From Bigelowiella natans CCMP2755 (taxonomy: Eukaryota; Protista; Cercozoa), in NCBI GenBank assembly GCA_000320545.1, contig ADNK01000904.1, positions 120,861 to 184,860 of the forward strand: DNA of 64,000 nt. The letters are read 5' to 3'. The notes beneath the pieces were generated by a model. It had not been told where the DNA came from, searched no databases, and worked only from the letters and a program-made list of their open reading frames with translations. A program made the translations under genes and the position numbers. This document shows, piece after piece, positions 12,137 through 25,918 of the stretch. Numbering within the stretch: position 1 is the stretch's first letter; each line of letters opens with the position of its first letter.

Positions 12137-13217
12137 TAGAGTGAGCAATTGTGAATGCAACCTCCGAATCGGTCGAAGAGAAAATCTTTCCAGTCTTGGT
12201 TCTTTGTGCCAAGTTGGCCTTGGAACTTGGCTGGCAGGTCTAGACGTGAATGCTCTCGTTCATAAAACTCGCTTGCGGAAAGCACCTGGCACCATTTAGA
12301 ATTCAAAAACAAAGCTGTAGCTTCACACACACGTCCCCATCCCCCCCCCACACACACTCACACATACACTGACGCACATACACACCGGCATCCCGTTCTT
12401 GAGATGTTCCATATCAAAAAACTCGAAATAATCTGTGTGTCCCTTCGCGTATTGACCTTGACGGGGAAAAGAGGGGGGAGAAGGGATAAGGATTACTTAT
12501 ATCGTATTGATGATGTTGTTGTTATTGTTGTTGTTGTTGTTGCGGTCGCTGTAGTTGGTTTCTATCCATGTAGATTATATAAAACCTCCACGCTTTATTG
12601 GGCCAAAATCTATGAGATACCAGCTGACAAAAATACACAGAAAAGAAATAACACAGACCTTATCATCAACAAGAATAAGAGAAAACTGATGATTAGAAAA
12701 GAGTAAAAAGCGAAGGCAATCCTTTTCCATTGCCTCCAAGAAAGAATCTACAAAACGTTTCACTCCTTATTTCCCTTCTCCTTCTACTTCAGAATCTCTT
12801 CCTTGCGACTGGACATTATTACAATGCTGCTTTTATCGTATTCGCTGTTATGGTTGTCTTTGCAGATCGTTTACCCTTCGGGGGGGGGGAGCACTAGCGT
12901 TCGACCCGTGACCCATGCCATCAACACTGCATATCTGCCCAACATAAACATACACCCATCGGTCCAAAATGTACTCCATAGTACACGCAAAGAAGACGCT
13001 GCTGCTGCTCTTATCTCCCGATCGAAATCGAGAGCAACTCAATTTAGGATTTAGTGCAGGGATAAAGAATTTTTGTCTCTATGCAAAATCAACCCAAAGC
13101 ATTTTTGTGGTGGTAGTGGTGGTGGTGGTGGTGGTGGGGGGGGTGGTGGGGCTGTTGGAAAGAAGCCAAAAAATCCGTATTCAATTCATATTAATATAGT
13201 CTCGTCAGTTTATGAAA

Positions 13218-13252
<35 letters not shown>

Positions 13253-14868
13253 CAGTAGTATTATTCACAGCAGGTGCAGGTTGGCTTATCACTCGAATCC
13301 CATTCGTATGTTATTGAAGCCTCCACAGTCCTTGAGAAATGTGATGTATTGGTTCGTAGCAGGCTTTGCTGTGATGGATCCTGGTGGAGGCAAACCTTTC
13401 CAGTAGGATATTCTTTGGAGGACCTTCTTCGGGTCTGTCATGGGGTTATTTGCGTAAGGATTTCCCCGTGCACGTTCAGCGCTTATCTTGGCGAGCTCAA
13501 GCTTATTCCTCATATGGAATTCTATATGAACCTGAGCGGTGGATTGAGAATGGTTAGCATCACCCACGCATTTGGAAAAAGATGGAGAGAAGAAGATAGT
13601 AAGAGAGCGCAAGAAAGGAACTCTAAAAACTCTCATACAGGAGGCCAATTCTTGTTGACGTCATGGCAGCCAGACTCGGTCATCAAGGTGGTGAGGAACC
13701 CATCACCTTTCTGAAATATATCAATTTTAAGAGGAGTTGTAGTTAATGGACAATGGTGAATGTTGTTGAATCTACTACGCGTTGATCTCTTGAGCAAACT
13801 CCCTTTTATGTTTGGTCGGCTGCCCTATCTCGCTACTACTCGGTGGTAGTAAGTAGTAGTAGTAGTAGTAATAAGTGAAGGAATGAATAACCGGATATTT
13901 CCAAGTGCCTTTGCACACCGCCCACATGGAGACAACAGTGCCTTGTCCAGATGCTTTGAGAGACCCTACATTTCCCTGAAGTTCTCTGCCTGCTTGCAAT
14001 ATGTAGCAGCATCAGTAACCCGTGATAATGTCTCGGTTCAGGACTTTATTTGTGAGGAGGAGACCTGAGCTCTTGTATTTCTTTCCACAAAAGTCGAGGC
14101 ACTTGGTGCATCTATTCTCAATATGGGTGTTATGCACCACATAGGAGTCTCCTCTACACCCAGGCTCCGAGTATATCGTCAGCGTTTGATCAGGCCAGTC
14201 ATCTATCTCAACATCCACTGCCTTTGACGCTACGGCGTAGATTAGAGCAGGGCAACATCGTAGAGAAGAGGGAGTCGTTCAAGCTTTAGAATTTGACAAA
14301 AGGAGATCTGGGAACATACACCATACGGGGAAGTACAGAAGATTGTTACCGTATTCAAGGCCAACGGCTTTCGCAGGCGTGGTCGATTTCGATGGTAGCT
14401 TCATTGCCTTGACTCTCTTAGTGCTGCTGGTGCTACTCCCACTGCTTCCTATATTGTTGCAACATTATATAATACAACCCAGTTACATACAAAGTTAAAA
14501 AACAAAGCTCGCCTTAGGAAATTTGAAAGGGCTTAAGAGCATTTGATGCTCAAATTGTGCATGCGCCCTATAATCTATATATTTTCAAATTACCTTTTCC
14601 TACGGCAGCTACTCCGTTCGTACTAGGAGCTGAGCTACCACCGAATCGCACGATTAATACGAGGAGGAAACCCAGTAAAATAAGCACTGCGCAGGTAAAG
14701 AAGCCGACCAGCAGCTGGAGACTCGATAGCCGGAGCCTGTTAGTTTTGTTTGAGCTTACGTTCGGATAACAACGTGTATCGATTGAAATACCATTTTGCT
14801 GGGGAGAAAGTCATCGACCCCCGCTTGCGGCTCTTGGAAAGGGATTTTATTCGACGCCTCTCACGCAT
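9475..14868 (-). CDS. Type II membrane GDP-fucose protein O-fucosyltransferase-like glycosyltransferase, multi-exon
   Basis: Basic N-tail MRERRRIKSLSKSRKR followed by TM LLVGFFTCAVLILLGFLLVLIV. Catalytic motifs YITFLKDCGGFNNIRMGFE, GRTLVLPP, YSAVHIRRNDLQ, TLYVATDE and IEQTICAGGRRFFGTQKSTFTSYIFRMRGY. Stop at 9475. Confidence 0.85.
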
Positions 14869-15494
14869 CTTGAGCGAGCAAGCCAGTCCGATGACGTGAG
14901 GGTGCGGATGGAGACGTCAAGAATCGATTATGGATAAGTCGAAACGGAGCAGTTTTCTTGCTGAGACATCAATTATTTATTATCTCAGAATAAAATTCTG
15001 TTCGATTTTCGAAGCGAAGATTTGGAGATTTATTATGGATTTTTATCCATAATTTCCAAACATTGCTGACAGCAATAAGAACAATAATAACAATACACAC
15101 AGTAAACAACAAACTTAAAAAATTCAAAAATAGATCTAGATCTAGATCTACTACTAGGATGTCTTTGCGATGATTTTACTTCTGGATGGATATTCTCCTC
15201 ACCGTTATCTACAAATATCCTAAATAATCGTAATCCGTTTTTTATTAACTGATCATTCTTGCTTCTTTTGTAGACATCTCACTGCTCTCTTCGTGTAGTT
15301 TTCTATTGTGCGTATTTCTAGATTTGAGGATTCTGCGGTTGACGTTCTTATAAAATGGCATGCGTTTGGGTGATTTCCCTTCTTGGAGATCCAAGATTAG
15401 AGCTCCACCCTGCTGCACGTGGAACCAAACTTAATGAACAACGCCACGCGCCTATACCCGCCATTTCTACCAGTTACCTCCTGTCTAACAAGCA

Positions 15495-17537
15495 ATGCAG
15501 AACAATGAGAATCAGCCGCAGAGCAATGAGAGGAAGTCCTGTTTTCCCAGGAAATTCCAGGTGGGCAGCGCAAATGTGAGAGAAAAAGTAGAGCATTATC
15601 ACACCCAGTCATTACATCATCAATTCAACAGGATAAAAATGGAAAGAGGCAACGGACAGCTGTGGAAGATATTCTGTGAGTGCATGAGGAAGACGAAGTG
15701 TGGCACATGAAGGTAACTAAAAAACACCACACTATTCCTTAGAGCTCATCGCACATTCTCCAAAATAGAAATCTGACGACGACAATCAGAACATTTACTA
15801 CCGAGTTGACGCTAAAGAAGTTAAATTGAGGTTCAGACTCGCAAACGACTTCAGTACTTCAATTTCAGATCTAAAATTTACCTCTCAGGGGGAAAAAGTA
15901 CTTGACAGATCGCAAAAAATATCCGTCTAAAGAGGCTGCTTACAAGCTGGTAAGTAAACAGATTGATAATTTAAAAAAATGTCAAAAACAGACAAATATG
16001 TATTATAAGGTATGTAGCAAGTGCTTTAAGACGGAAGAAAAGGTACTCCAATGATACTATCAACCCTCTCTTCAAAATATTACTCAGCTATGACTTGACA
16101 GATGCTGCATGCGGCCGTAGAAGTGGACACACTCAAAGATTACCTTGAGAAAAATTTGGTCTTACTTACCTAATTATTTTGCTTCATAGAGTGAAGCTGT
16201 TGAATTGATAGTCGTTACTCCTCAGGAAAATGAGTACATGGTGATAAATTGGTTGGTGCCGGGCTATTACACAGTCGTAAACCTCTACGTTCGCACGTTA
16301 GAGTGAGCAAACCTTATTTGAGCCATAAGGCGGCAAATGATTGAATCAAAGAATGTTCATTATACTCGCAGGAATGGTAAAGATCCTGCCTTCGACAAGC
16401 TAATCGATACATTTAGACGGGTATATGATAATATCTATGCAGATTTCACGATTTGCTTCATTTACACATATACGAGTATAAGCATCGCATCAGCGTGATC
16501 TCTACCAGTTTCATGAATGATATCCATCCTCTTTGACAACATTGCTGGTAGGGCGATGATAAGTTCCGAAGCAGCAGGTTTAAGCTCCTTCCAAAGCTAC
16601 TAGAAGCCCCTTCGGCGATTGTGGTTCTGCTTCGGACTGTTATCGGAACCCTAAGGTTATAAACCTGTCTTCGCCGTAGAGATTTCTGATGACACTGCCA
16701 ATGTAATATATTATTATTGGGGGAGGAAGTAGAGGCTTGGGGAGTTGAGTCTTTAAGGTATACTACTAAGAAATGCGCCCTGCACAGGCCCGTGCTGATT
16801 GGGAACAAGCTTACTTGTTATCATTACACAGGAAAGGTGAAGGATTCAATTGTAATCTGTAAATTTAAGCTTAAATTTGGAATCATGTAGAATTATATGG
16901 AAGTGGACATCGATACTGGCTCCTCTTTTTTTGTGTGCCATTTAGCAAGTAGTATGGTACGGGCATTTCAAGGTTGAAATGTATATTTTCATTACCCCAC
17001 AAATCTAAATTGAAACAGTGTTCCTCCTGATCTTTTCCACAGGTATTGTAGTGAACCAAGGATTTGCTATTGAGGGAAGAGACGAATCTGAGCTTCCTGA
17101 AAGAATGCTAGGGGTTTCCAAATCTAATCAAATATCATTTAATCACTATTTGGGAATAAGAAGGAAGATTCTAATCGATAGATGTTTGCAGATTCAATGC
17201 TATTCCAGGATTTCTATCGAAAAGATTATTATACAACTAGGACAACATCAAAGCAAAACGGTATAAAATCCTTTGGCTTTCGCACATACATAATTTTGAA
17301 TTGCTTCAGCGAGAGAAAAATGAGGGTGACCGAAGACAGAGATGGGGCTTCTTTACAAAAGATGCAAGCAGGAGTCCGACAGCATCAAAAAAGGGATTCG
17401 AAAGGTTTCATCCAATACAACACAATTTACATGTTCAAATTGTTCAATTATACCTTTCTTGCCTTAGAAATGCGCGCGATTCGGTAGAAGGTGATGAGGT
17501 GATCCGGACAAGGAGAGTATCGAGTCTTAAGAGTTGA
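15495..17537 (+). CDS. DUF1336 (EDR2 C-terminal-like) domain protein; start uncertain (15495 or 15707)
   Basis: Exons read KLRGKKYLTDRKKYPSKEAAYKL, YMVINWLVPG, GDDKFRSSRFKLLPKL, RPVLIGNKLT, NYMEVDIDTGSS and GFAIEGRDESELPERMLG, which are characteristic DUF1336 motifs. Confidence 0.85.
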
Positions 17538-18367
17538 ACTTTGAAACCGTTTTGATTCGCAGAGAGACTATGCTATCTTGGATAGAATTAATCGAGTGCT
17601 TAATGCTTCGATTGTAATAAATTGTAGAATTAATGCAATGCTACGGTTAAGCACAAGGCACGTAGGTGTCTAGCTATATATTTTATATGCGATGCCATGC
17701 ATAGAAGAGCTTCAAAACCTGGTTCATCGTCATCGGATGCATGGTGTGCTACTTTGGAAGTGATTCTATCAGCGGTCGTGGACAGCGCAGATGAAACTAA
17801 TGTTGTCTTGCAAGCTAACAAGCGCGAGAAGGCGGCCATATACTGCTGCACACGCATGTCTGATACACATCTAAGCCTATCTAGCTATGCAGGTAAGTCA
17901 CCTAGAAATCGCATGCTCTGAGTCACATCTGACATGTGCAAACATATAGATCTACATCAAGATGCATCAACACATTGCAGCGTCGTCCGCCAAAATCGCA
18001 TGCACACTTCGTCACACACTTGCCCCTTCCTCAGCATTGTCCGTAGTTTTTCAATAACCCACTTAGATTGGTGGGCTGCCAAACACGTACCCAAGCTTGC
18101 ATACAACACAGCATACTAAAAAGCAAATTCCATGCGGTCAAAAGTACGTACCAGCGAGTTGGTTTTTGATATTCTATAATGTCAGTTAACTTCGTGAAGC
18201 AAATCTAGATTTTGCCACGCGCGAATTATGCGTGAATTGATACGGTCTCCATCAAAGACTGTAACCCTCTCAGCTAGCACAATAATGTAATTTTAAGGCA
18301 GCCCAACATATAGCTGTAGTCGAAAAGTCTCTATCCTAGCATAGTCCTGCTACCCCATGAATGCATA

Positions 18368-18912
18368 CTAGACCTCCGTAAGGGAAATGTCATCTGCTCC
18401 GTCATCAACTTGTCCTTCGTTGTCTTGGTCTTCATCTTCATCTTCATCCTCATCACCATCTGGTCCAGCTTTAAAAGAGTCAACTATAGCCTTGATTTGG
18501 TTCGTCCAACTCTTTGCAACTTGGGCCGAATCAGCTTTAAAAACGAACACTCGAATGTTTTTGAAAACAAGTTTTGCCTCATCGTTAGGAACTCCAACCG
18601 GTGCAAGGTGGAAGAAAGTCTTCTTCTGTGGGTCTAATTCAAGTTGCGAGTCTAGTGTGATCACTATGGTACCCGAGGCATCTTTCTTTTTACGGGCAAT
18701 TCCTTCATTTTTGTAATACTTTGGATAAAAAAAATATTTTATTGAGTATATGATGCACACAAACGTTATTGCTTATTGTATTTTAGGGTTGTCTACCTGA
18801 AAGTACGCCTCTGAACGACTTGGAGAATGAAATAATCGACAGAATCTCTTTTTGAATGCCGAGTTAATGGCTCCTCGTTTTGTTAAATGTCCTCTGATAC
18901 ATATGAAATATG

Positions 18913-18949
<37 letters not shown>

Positions 18950-19993
18950 CTAATAAATATTCGCAAATATCCACATTTCTGAATCTTAACTAGTTTATAG
19001 ATGTGATGGTCTTACTCTTTTACAAGTATGAGTCCTCCTTCGCCGAGCAGATTTGCAGTATCTCGTCGCGGACTTATTTTTTCACGCTTGGTAGCCTGCC
19101 TCAGGGCTTTAGAAATCTCCCTCCTTGACCTACGGAATTTTGAGTCACCCGTGCCTATCACGGTATCATGAGTTGGGTCGAAATCCTGTAGGATTCTGAG
19201 ATTTGGAGAACTTTCAGCTCGAGGAGAAATTGCTAGAGGAGCGGTCTTTTTGGTGGGAGATTGATCTAACTTTGATTGGTTAAGTGTAGACTGCCATTTC
19301 CGTTTTAGTCCGAAGAGTTCCCAGTCTGTATCTATATCTCTCTCCCCCATCGAGTATATTCTATTCAGGCCGTCCAGGCTGATTCCAACTCTAATAATCA
19401 TCGCACTAAATAAGGTAGGTTTCTTGCAAAAGAGAGTTTAACGTAAGCTGATAAATACAATATTTGAAATCAGGTGAAGTAATTACTTGGGATTTTCCGT
19501 CAAAGCCTCACAAAATGTAAGGTAGTCCTCTTCATTGAATTCTGAATGTCAAAGATAGCTGTATTTATATCCGTGAAGAGATATTTAGAAAATGTGGTCG
19601 GCTACTTTCTTTGTGTTGTTGCTCTCGGAGAAGCGCCAGCATTTCTCCCGAGTTTAGGTACCCGTCTTGATCTACGTCGAATTGTTCGAATATCATCTGA
19701 ATAAATTGTACTGGTTGGTTTAACTGTACTTCTGCCTTGGAATAATTTTTTATACTTTAAATTTTTCATTTTCCGTTATTAAGACAGGGGGGGCTTCGTT
19801 TCCTGGATAACCAAAAGTTGTTCAGAATTTATGTTCCCCTCTTCAAAATCCATCTTGCATGACCTTTAGCTTCAGACTTTTGATGTCCTATTTTCTTCGG
19901 CTCCTCAATTAAAGTGCCGCAATGAATACAAAATTTTGCGTCTTTCCAACGAGGCTTCTTGCATTTCTGGCAAATTATTCCCACCAGCGACAT
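18368..19993 (-). CDS. Zinc-ribbon plus PH-domain protein, multi-exon
   Basis: N-terminal CQKC..AKFCIHCG zinc ribbon. C-terminal PH pattern GHLTKRGAINSAFKKRFCRL..YYK..GTI..RVFVFKADSAQVAKSWTNQIKAIV, followed by an acidic tail. Confidence 0.8.
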
Positions 19994-21439
19994 CGATCGC
20001 CGATTCCACACTTCCAACCCGCTACTGTGTTCGGCCGTCCTCCTTCAGATGTTTGAGAGATCTGCACCTTAGCACTTCACCCCGCAGCACTACTTTCGAA
20101 TAGGAGCAGTAAGTTGTTGTGGCCGCACGCTTCATTACAGACAAAAGCATCAAGCAGCTCGCACCGTGCATTCTCTTCTTCCGAGCGTCGTCTGCATCAT
20201 TAAATCGCCTAAAACACTCCAAGTAATACCGACCGATTTTAGTGTCGTCACCGTTGTCGCATTTTGTTGAAAGGAACCGTTTTTCGACTAAATATCTTTT
20301 GATTTTTATACGGCAAAATCACTCCGTTCTTCCTGTGCGTCTTGTATATAAGTTCTTGCCATTAAAATTAACGGGGTTCGATTTTTTAGGCAAATATAAA
20401 ATACCACTTCTACAGGGTAGCAATTCGTAGACATCAATGATTTTTTAGCATAAGACAAGGTAAAGAGCTTGTCGTAGAAGAACACATTTTTCAGGAAATA
20501 CTGTTCGTTTTCTCCGGTGGTGATGAAAGCACGCACGTGCAGTGTCTGGAGCATTCACAAGTTCGGCACACCGCATCATCTTGATTCTGTTACGAGATGT
20601 GGTGATGCGGTTTCAGAACCGTACGCGGGAAACGGAAAGGAGGACACCTAGCTAATGATTCCCTCTGAAGCGTCTCAAGATGAGGAAACTTTTCTAGTTT
20701 TGGAAAATGGAAAAGCCCTTTGGTGCAACCCACTCTGAGTGTTTGCACTGATTGACCGCAATGCACTGAATCATCAAGTTTCATGCACTCATCTCGCGAA
20801 CTTCCTCGAACAGGGCAAAATTCCAATATTATAAAACCATTGTGATCTTTGTCCCATTTGTTGGCCTTTTGCCCACACAAATCACAGCACTTGAAGACAC
20901 CCGTACGCCCACATTGTCATTCGAGTGCTCACACTTCAAACAAGAAACTGGCGCTTGCTTGCATCACATGTCTGTACATTTTGGCAATGATCAGCCAAAC
21001 TATAAATAATTTAGACATTTTTAGCTAGCATGTAGTAGATGCACTGATCCAGAAACAGCTACGAGCAATTTTGGCACACCATGCTAGCATGTGCATGATT
21101 TGTACAGGGGACAACACGGGTATGAGTGAATTATAAGATTTATTTTGCGTGTTGTAAAAATTGCGAAGACTTTGTAGTACGTGGTGTAACAGCGCGGTAC
21201 AAATTGACATGCATGTGAGCAGATGTAGTCTGAATGCAACAGTAGTGATGTTCTTGTTATTTACAGAATCGATAATGTTGATTCGTAATTTCATTACATT
21301 GCAACAAGAACAATTGCTATAAATATTTATTTTCGTATGAGTATATTAATATACAGCAGTTGCCAACCACTCAGTATACATCGGCTGTTCTCTAAACATG
21401 CTCCTACAATCATAACCATCCATAGTAGCATCTTCGTTA

Positions 21440-21599
21440 TCATAGATCATCTGGAGATTGACCCTTGATGATGCTTTTCTTATGATCACGTGTCTGTGCA
21501 GCTATTCCTAGTTGATCTCGCAGCTTTGTATTTAGCCACTCTTCATCCACCTGTGCCGAGAAAATGTATTTAAATTGGAATGAATAACCACTCACAATA

Positions 21600-21642
<43 letters not shown>

Positions 21643-21799
21643 TGTCATATACACATGGCATGTGCGATTCTAAATCAATCAGCATATAACTTATTTAACG
21701 CAAACTCGGGTTCACAATAAACTGCCTACCTCTTGCCAATTCTCTCCTTCCTCAAGATCACACCAGTGAGATGCACAGTGCTCCAGCAACCCTTTTGTA

Positions 21800-21835
<36 letters not shown>

Positions 21836-22181
21836 ATGTTAGGATGGCATTTACCTTGCAAGAGGATGATGCACCAGAGACTTAGTTGTCGATAAAAACG
21901 ACAATATGAAAAAGAACGGTGATGGTGATGACGATAATTGAGCTCTGGTGAAAGTTGATCCTTCAACGGCGTAGACGATAAAGTTGTTAACGTTGATGAA
22001 AATGATGATGATGATGAGCTTAAACTTGTCGTTCGCAATTCTTTCAAGAACCAGGTTCACCATCTTCATCATGTGTTCGCAAGCAGCACAATGAAACAAC
22101 ACCCAGCGGATAAAGCAGTAGGTCGCCTCAAACGAAATTAATACACTGTGGTCATTGTATAGTAATGATATTAAAAGTCCC

Positions 22182-22212
<31 letters not shown>

Positions 22213-22297
22213 TCTTATTGCCATACTACCAGTTCCTACGACAGTAAGTCTTGGTTCACCGTTGTCCTAAGGGGTAGGGAATGTGTTGATACACAAG

Positions 22298-22353
<56 letters not shown>

Positions 22354-22814
22354 GGGGAGGGGGGGGAAGGAAAAAGGATCAAATAGTTCATGGAGCTTTT
22401 GCATGACGTCCCCACGGTTATACATTATTCATTTTAACTGTAGCAGCTTTCTATTGAATTAGATTATATCTGTAAGGCTACACTGCTACTATTGCTATTG
22501 CTTCCTTCCCATCCCATCCTAAGTGCTACCACAAGTACGATATATGCTAATAATTAAGAATAATTTTTGATTTATTATGACGCAGTAACGACAACAGGGC
22601 GTGCCCCCCACCACCACCACCACTACTACCTCTGGAGCATCGTTCCAGCTGGGGGGGATTGTTCGCATCACTTCTTGCGTCTGTTGTTGTCGTTGTTGGT
22701 GTTGTTGTATATGTTGTATATTTTGTAGTGACAGTGCTTTGGCGAACTGTATCTGTATTCGAGATGGATTGCGATGCTTGTACCCCTCCTCAGCCATCAT
22801 CATCGTCGTCGTTG

Positions 22815-22849
<35 letters not shown>

Positions 22850-25670
22850 GGCATCTTACCGATTTCGTCCATCCCTTCGGGTAGTAGTGTGTGAATATCG
22901 ACGTGTACCTATCATCACCAACAGCCGTCTTTCAACGTGCATTGAGCCTTGGACGAATACTACGTCATGCCCACGCATAGATGATGGGTATAAGAAAGGA
23001 AGAAGGAGGACAAAGACGCGTTGGGCGCTCTTTGTCATTAACTAATTGCATGCTATTTTAAATTTCAATTGTCATCGAAAATCGCACCATTTTCCATTGA
23101 ATCTCCTCGGCCTTCCATGGAGAAGTTTCGACGACTAATGCATACTCAACCCTCAGTTCAGATGTCTGGCTTGCGATGACCATGAAAAAAAGGAAATGAC
23201 CTCATCATAGATCACATACTTGCTGCGGAGCTTCTCCCTCCCTCCCTCCCTCCCTCCCTCCCTCCCTCTCTCTGTCTTCCTCTCCCTCTCCCCCCCTTTC
23301 TACACACCTGCATACAAGCGCATGGAAAAATTTGGGAAGGTTCAAATTGCACACCTCATAAAACAGCAATTGGCCGGGCTCTAAGGCAACTTCGTGAACC
23401 TAAGAATGAAGTATGAGTGATTAGGATGAATGGCCGATCAGGCTGCAGAAGTAGGATATGTTGCGGGATGATGATCATCATCCATCATCACCGAATTGTT
23501 GTTGCGAGTTCTCGCGTGACGATCGAATAAGAAAAATGAGATCCCAATCGTCGTTTTACATACTTTGTAGAATACTACGGATTTTGTCATCATCATCATC
23601 TTCTTCTTCTTCTTCTTCATCATCATCATCGTTGCTACAATCGTCACTGCTGCCGACTTATTACTCTGCCTTGCGTATCTTCTATCACAAGCGGCCAAGG
23701 CTCATTCTGATCCCTTATTATGATGATAATAAAAGCATCGAAGATGAAGAAATTCAGTGTCACATGAGCTTCCTCTCCTCAGCTAAATGCTGTTGCCACC
23801 GACACGATATTATTATTCTTACTACCGATCAATGTGGAAGATGCTGCTTATGACGTGCGTGTCCAGGCGGTCTGTATGCATGGTGAGAAAGGAGCCGTTC
23901 TTGTAGATTCTCATACCGTACGATATTGCAGCTTCCAATGGAACTCCTGCCCACTAACGATAGAGAGGAGGGAGAGAGGCCAGGGAGGAAGAGGATTTAA
24001 GATGCTGATGGCTGGTAAGTGCGACGAATCACACGGAATATTACTGGTCTGACACTTGCGGTTGAATAAAGTTTAAGTTGAAATTGCATCAGAGTTATTA
24101 ACGAGCTCCAAAAAAAAGAAACGATAACATTGTGGATACATTTGATGATGATGATGATGAAGCACTCTCATCATCCAACTCCATGATAGTCTCACCTCCT
24201 CGTGGAGAGGATGAAGCTCGCGAAGTACCTATAACAACCAGTGCACGATACGTGATGATGGTAAAACTGTTCTAGAGAGATGTCAATAATTTTGTGCGAG
24301 ACAAATGCGTGAAGTCTACGATTGTTTCATCGTCAATCCGAACGGTGAAAGGGAAAGCAATATTGTAAGCATCATATTGAAAGGGTTGGTGTATGCAGCA
24401 AGGACGTACTTTCCCATTGAGTCCCGTGTGCACAAACTTGGGGCTGGTTTAATTAACATAAAATGGAAAAAAAATGTTACAAATCATAAGTGCTCGGTAT
24501 TTGCTAGCAGCCCCATAGGCGGTGGTGGTGACAACGACACCTTTCGTCGCAGAATATCTGATCGACCGGCCCCTCAGATCCAGCTGTGGGCATTCCTCGG
24601 TGGACGCTAAAACAAGGGATTGTCATCATCATCATCATCATCATCATCATCTCCTATCAGCCAATCATGTCATCATCCATCATCCATCATCCATTATCAA
24701 CAAAGCTAGCAGCTTCAACCCTAAACACCATCAACAGCACTGATTCCATATTTATTGCACTTACACTTCTTACGAAATCAGAATTGGAACAAATATATTC
24801 GAAATTATGCGCATGGGTTGTCAAGGTGGTTGGATTGAAACTTTGACTCACGCGTCTCTCAGCTCCTCAAACAATTCCTTTGGGCCATCCACAACCTATT
24901 GAAAATTGCTTCGACTTTGAAATTATCCGGAGAATAATAAAGAATGGAACTGGACATAGCATCTCATCTCCGAATTTGTCTAAAAGCTTCCAAGTCAATA
25001 CACTGGGTGCACGTTGATACATTTTGATTATGTGTTGACAGTCGCGTAGAGTCTGGAATCACTTCTAAAATTGAGCCTATCAATTTTTCACTTCTAAAGA
25101 CGTGTATGACTAGAGGCACCACCTCGAAGCCCATTTCCGTAAAGTTTTGGACAACAACGCCGGTCGTCAGGAGTCCAATATAGCTTACAGAACAAGCAAC
25201 ATCTCATCCCTCGTTGTGCATATGCATTTTGCAGCCAAGTTGCTCGAGCCACCCCACGCATATGAATGCAAAAGTTGCGCACCATACACACGCATTTGCC
25301 TGCCTAAATGAAATCTATGTGGGTTATTATTATCACTCACGCGTCCCATCGCCATTGGGTATTCTCGATCTGTCGTATCTGCTTTAGCCTGCGTTCCATT
25401 CGCGCCTGATTACACGTCATTATCCCAGTAGAGATAAATAAACTAAGAGATGAATTTTCCTTGCAAAAGTCTTTCCACAAAGCAAATCATAAGGACTTTG
25501 AGTATTCCCGTGTTCACGCTCATTGACATTCATACACCCACCTGCCATCCCGGGTTAGCGGGGGTCCATGGAAAGGAAAGACGGGCAGGGTTTGCGACAG
25601 TGTCGGATTCAGCAAATGTTTGAGGCAAGACGGATAGAAAGCATAGGAGAATGGAGCGAGGGGGAGCCAT
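21440..25670 (-). CDS. Secretory-pathway 2-oxoglutarate/Fe(II) oxygenase (prolyl-hydroxylase-like algal family), multi-exon
   Basis: Signal peptide MAPPRSILLCFLSVLPQTFA. Spliced core VQNFTEMGFE..LHPLHEEWAGVPLEAAISYGMRIYKNGSFLTMHTDRLDTHVISSIFHID..EPWPLVIED..VHEVALEPGQLLFYESSKLLHGRP..YTSIFTHYYP carries the HxD...H triad. Ends in PDDL*. Confidence 0.82.
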
Positions 25671-25918
25671 GGACCGGCAACGGACGCAAAAGACAACGAC
25701 GCGATGAGAGGGGTGGGTTTGATATTTCGTTGGTCGATATTTTGACGACAACACGCTGTTTTCACCTTGCGACAAGGATGTAGGCTTTAAATTATTGTCG
25801 CACGGTAGAATTCCCATATGAGTTTTGCAGCATCCACAGGCCTTGTCAACCCCATCAATCACATTATCCTCTTAACCTACGTCGTCTGGAAGAGGAACGG
25901 AGAAAGAACTGGAGATAG

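Noticed and set aside
15131-15150. (TAGATC)3 palindromic repeat in a divergent promoter gap
   Set aside because: Short simple repeat with no consistent positional recurrence in the other promoters.
15677-15679. Selenocysteine codon
   Set aside because: No redox motif context, the family is not known as a selenoprotein, and no SECIS was recognised.
15662-15680. 19-nt GT..AG mini-intron (nucleomorph-sized) removing the in-frame TGA
   Set aside because: Its removal does not yield an open upstream frame, because stops appear in the required phases.
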